This document shows positions 62,912 through 64,000 of a stretch of DNA of 64,000 nt, piece by piece (within the stretch, counting starts at the first letter, position 1; each line of letters opens with the position of its first letter). Source of the DNA: an uncultured Nitrospiraceae bacterium (lineage in GTDB: Bacteria > Nitrospirota > Thermodesulfovibrionia > Thermodesulfovibrionales > SM23-35). The stretch lies in the NCBI GenBank assembly GCA_963727775.1, contig CAVSHB010000004.1, positions 256,001 through 320,000 on the forward strand, given 5' to 3'. A model generated the notes under the pieces. That model made no database searches, was not told where the DNA came from, and was given only the letters and a program-made list of their open reading frames with translations. Both the position numbers and the translations under genes were made by a program.

Positions 62912-63409
62912 TTATGCTTTCGGAGCAATAACCATCGTCACATGATTACCTTCCAACTTCGGTGACTGTTCTACATTAAACTTTCCGGTAAGTGATTGTG
63001 TCAGCTTAGTGAATACCTTAAGCCCGAGTTCCGGCCGTACGACTTCCCTGCCCCTGAAAAACATTGTCACTTTGGCCTTATTGCCGTCATCAAGAAAACG
63101 TCTTATGTTCTTTACCTTAAGACCGAGGTCGTGCTCTGTTATTTGAGGCCTGATCTTAATCTCCTTAACGCTCATCGTCTTTTTCTGTGCCTGTTTCTTG
63201 GTTAACTGATACCTGTATTTGCCGAAATCAAGTATCTTGCAGACCGGCGGAACGACATTCGGAGCAACTTCTACAAGGTCGAGTTCCCTTTGATCAGCTA
63301 TCTTCAGCGCCTCACTGGTAGGCAGGACCCCCAGCTGATCTCCATTCGCATCTACCACTCTTACTTCCCTGGCCCTTATCTGTTCGTTGACTCTGATATC
63401 TTTTGTTAT
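62912..63409 (-). CDS. infC: Translation initiation factor IF-3 (ATA start)
   Basis: GGAGG-N7-ATA, in frame with RVNEQIRAREVRVV...DLVEV..PPVCKILDFGKY. Confidence 0.93.
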   Translation of the reverse strand: MTKDIRVNEQIRAREVRVVDANGDQLGVLPTSEALKIADQRELDLVEVAPNVVPPVCKILDFGKYRYQLTKKQAQKKTMSVKEIKIRPQITEHDLGLKVKNIRRFLDDGNKAKVTMFFRGREVVRPELGLKVFTKLTQSLTGKFNVEQSPKLEGNHVTMVIAPKA

Positions 63410-63426
63410 ACTCTCACCTCCTGATA

Positions 63427-64000
63427 TTAGAACTCAAGACTCTTGTCGTTTATCTTGTTTCTGATTATCCCAATAAATTCATCTACTGTAAAGGGTCCCA
63501 TGTTTTCTCCTGAGCGCTTCCTCACGGTAATCCCGTTTTCCGATATTTCTTTGTCGCCTATTATAACCAAATAAGGCACCTTCATAACAGTTGCGTTTCT
63601 AATCTTATATCCGATCTTTTCATTTTCAATATTTATCTCGGCCCTTATTCCTTCAGACTTTAACTTCTCCGATATGGACAGCGCATAATCCTGGTGCCTC
63701 TCGGCAATTGTGAGGACCTCGACCTGCACGGGCGCCAGCCACAAAGGGAAAATCCCGGAATAATGCTCTATCAGTACCCCGAAAAATCTCTCCAGCGAAC
63801 CCATCAACGCCCTGTGTATCATTATCGGTCTGTGCTCTTTCCCGTCGCTCCCCCGATATTGCATATCAAACCTTTCGGGATTATTGAAATCGACCTGTAT
63901 GGTGCTGCATTGCCATGCCCTGTTCAGGGAATCTTTGACCTTAATATCAATTTTAGGGCCATAGAAAACTCCTTCTCCGGGATCTATTTCATATGAAAGC
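63427..64000 (-). CDS. thrS: Threonyl-tRNA synthetase (3' part; begins beyond window)
   Basis: EGVFYGPKID, HRALMGSLERF, WLAPVQV. Confidence 0.96.
   Translation of the reverse strand, partial: LSYEIDPGEGVFYGPKIDIKVKDSLNRAWQCSTIQVDFNNPERFDMQYRGSDGKEHRPIMIHRALMGSLERFFGVLIEHYSGIFPLWLAPVQVEVLTIAERHQDYALSISEKLKSEGIRAEINIENEKIGYKIRNATVMKVPYLVIIGDKEISENGITVRKRSGENMGPFTVDEFIGIIRNKINDKSLEF

Noticed and set aside
1..64000. CRISPR array, rRNA, or intact tRNA
   Set aside because: No regularly spaced repeat-spacer pattern or complete RNA gene seen; only the tRNA-Leu 5' half.

Overview
Bacterial chromosomal window; gene content loosely suggests an anaerobic Nitrospirota/deltaproteobacteria-like organism (inference only). 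1-26.5 kb is an envelope/export block. It holds three tripartite efflux systems (MdtBC-like RND, DevBCA-like ABC and split MacAB-like ABC, each with its own NodT/TolC outer-membrane factor), an MFS, DUF2950, two paralogous secreted proteins of unknown family, a decaying Spy-like/ECF-sigma/two-component module, and an IS1380 nested in an IS1634. At 26.7-38.7 kb a broken SBBP surface-protein gene is joined across an IS1182 to the remnant of a small tyrosine-integrase element. That remnant carries an inactivated nuclease-methyltransferase gene, an IS1634, DNA-binding genes and xis-int, and ends in an orphan, promoter-bearing 5' half of tRNA-Leu(TAG). 38.8-64 kb has brnTA, a tatB pseudogene, tatA, an RpoD paralogue, argD-argF-M23-ACT/MBL-CBS-pentapeptide, rpsP-khpA-trmD-rplS-rnhB (no rimM), a DtxR regulator, a NikMNQO-type ECF transporter with an attenuator-like leader, a second tatA, a VKOR/DsbA-like gene, and thrS-infC-rpmI-rplT-pheS separated from pheT by a hybrid kinase. 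No CRISPR array, rRNA or intact tRNA was seen. All family assignments are from motif recognition by eye, not database searches.
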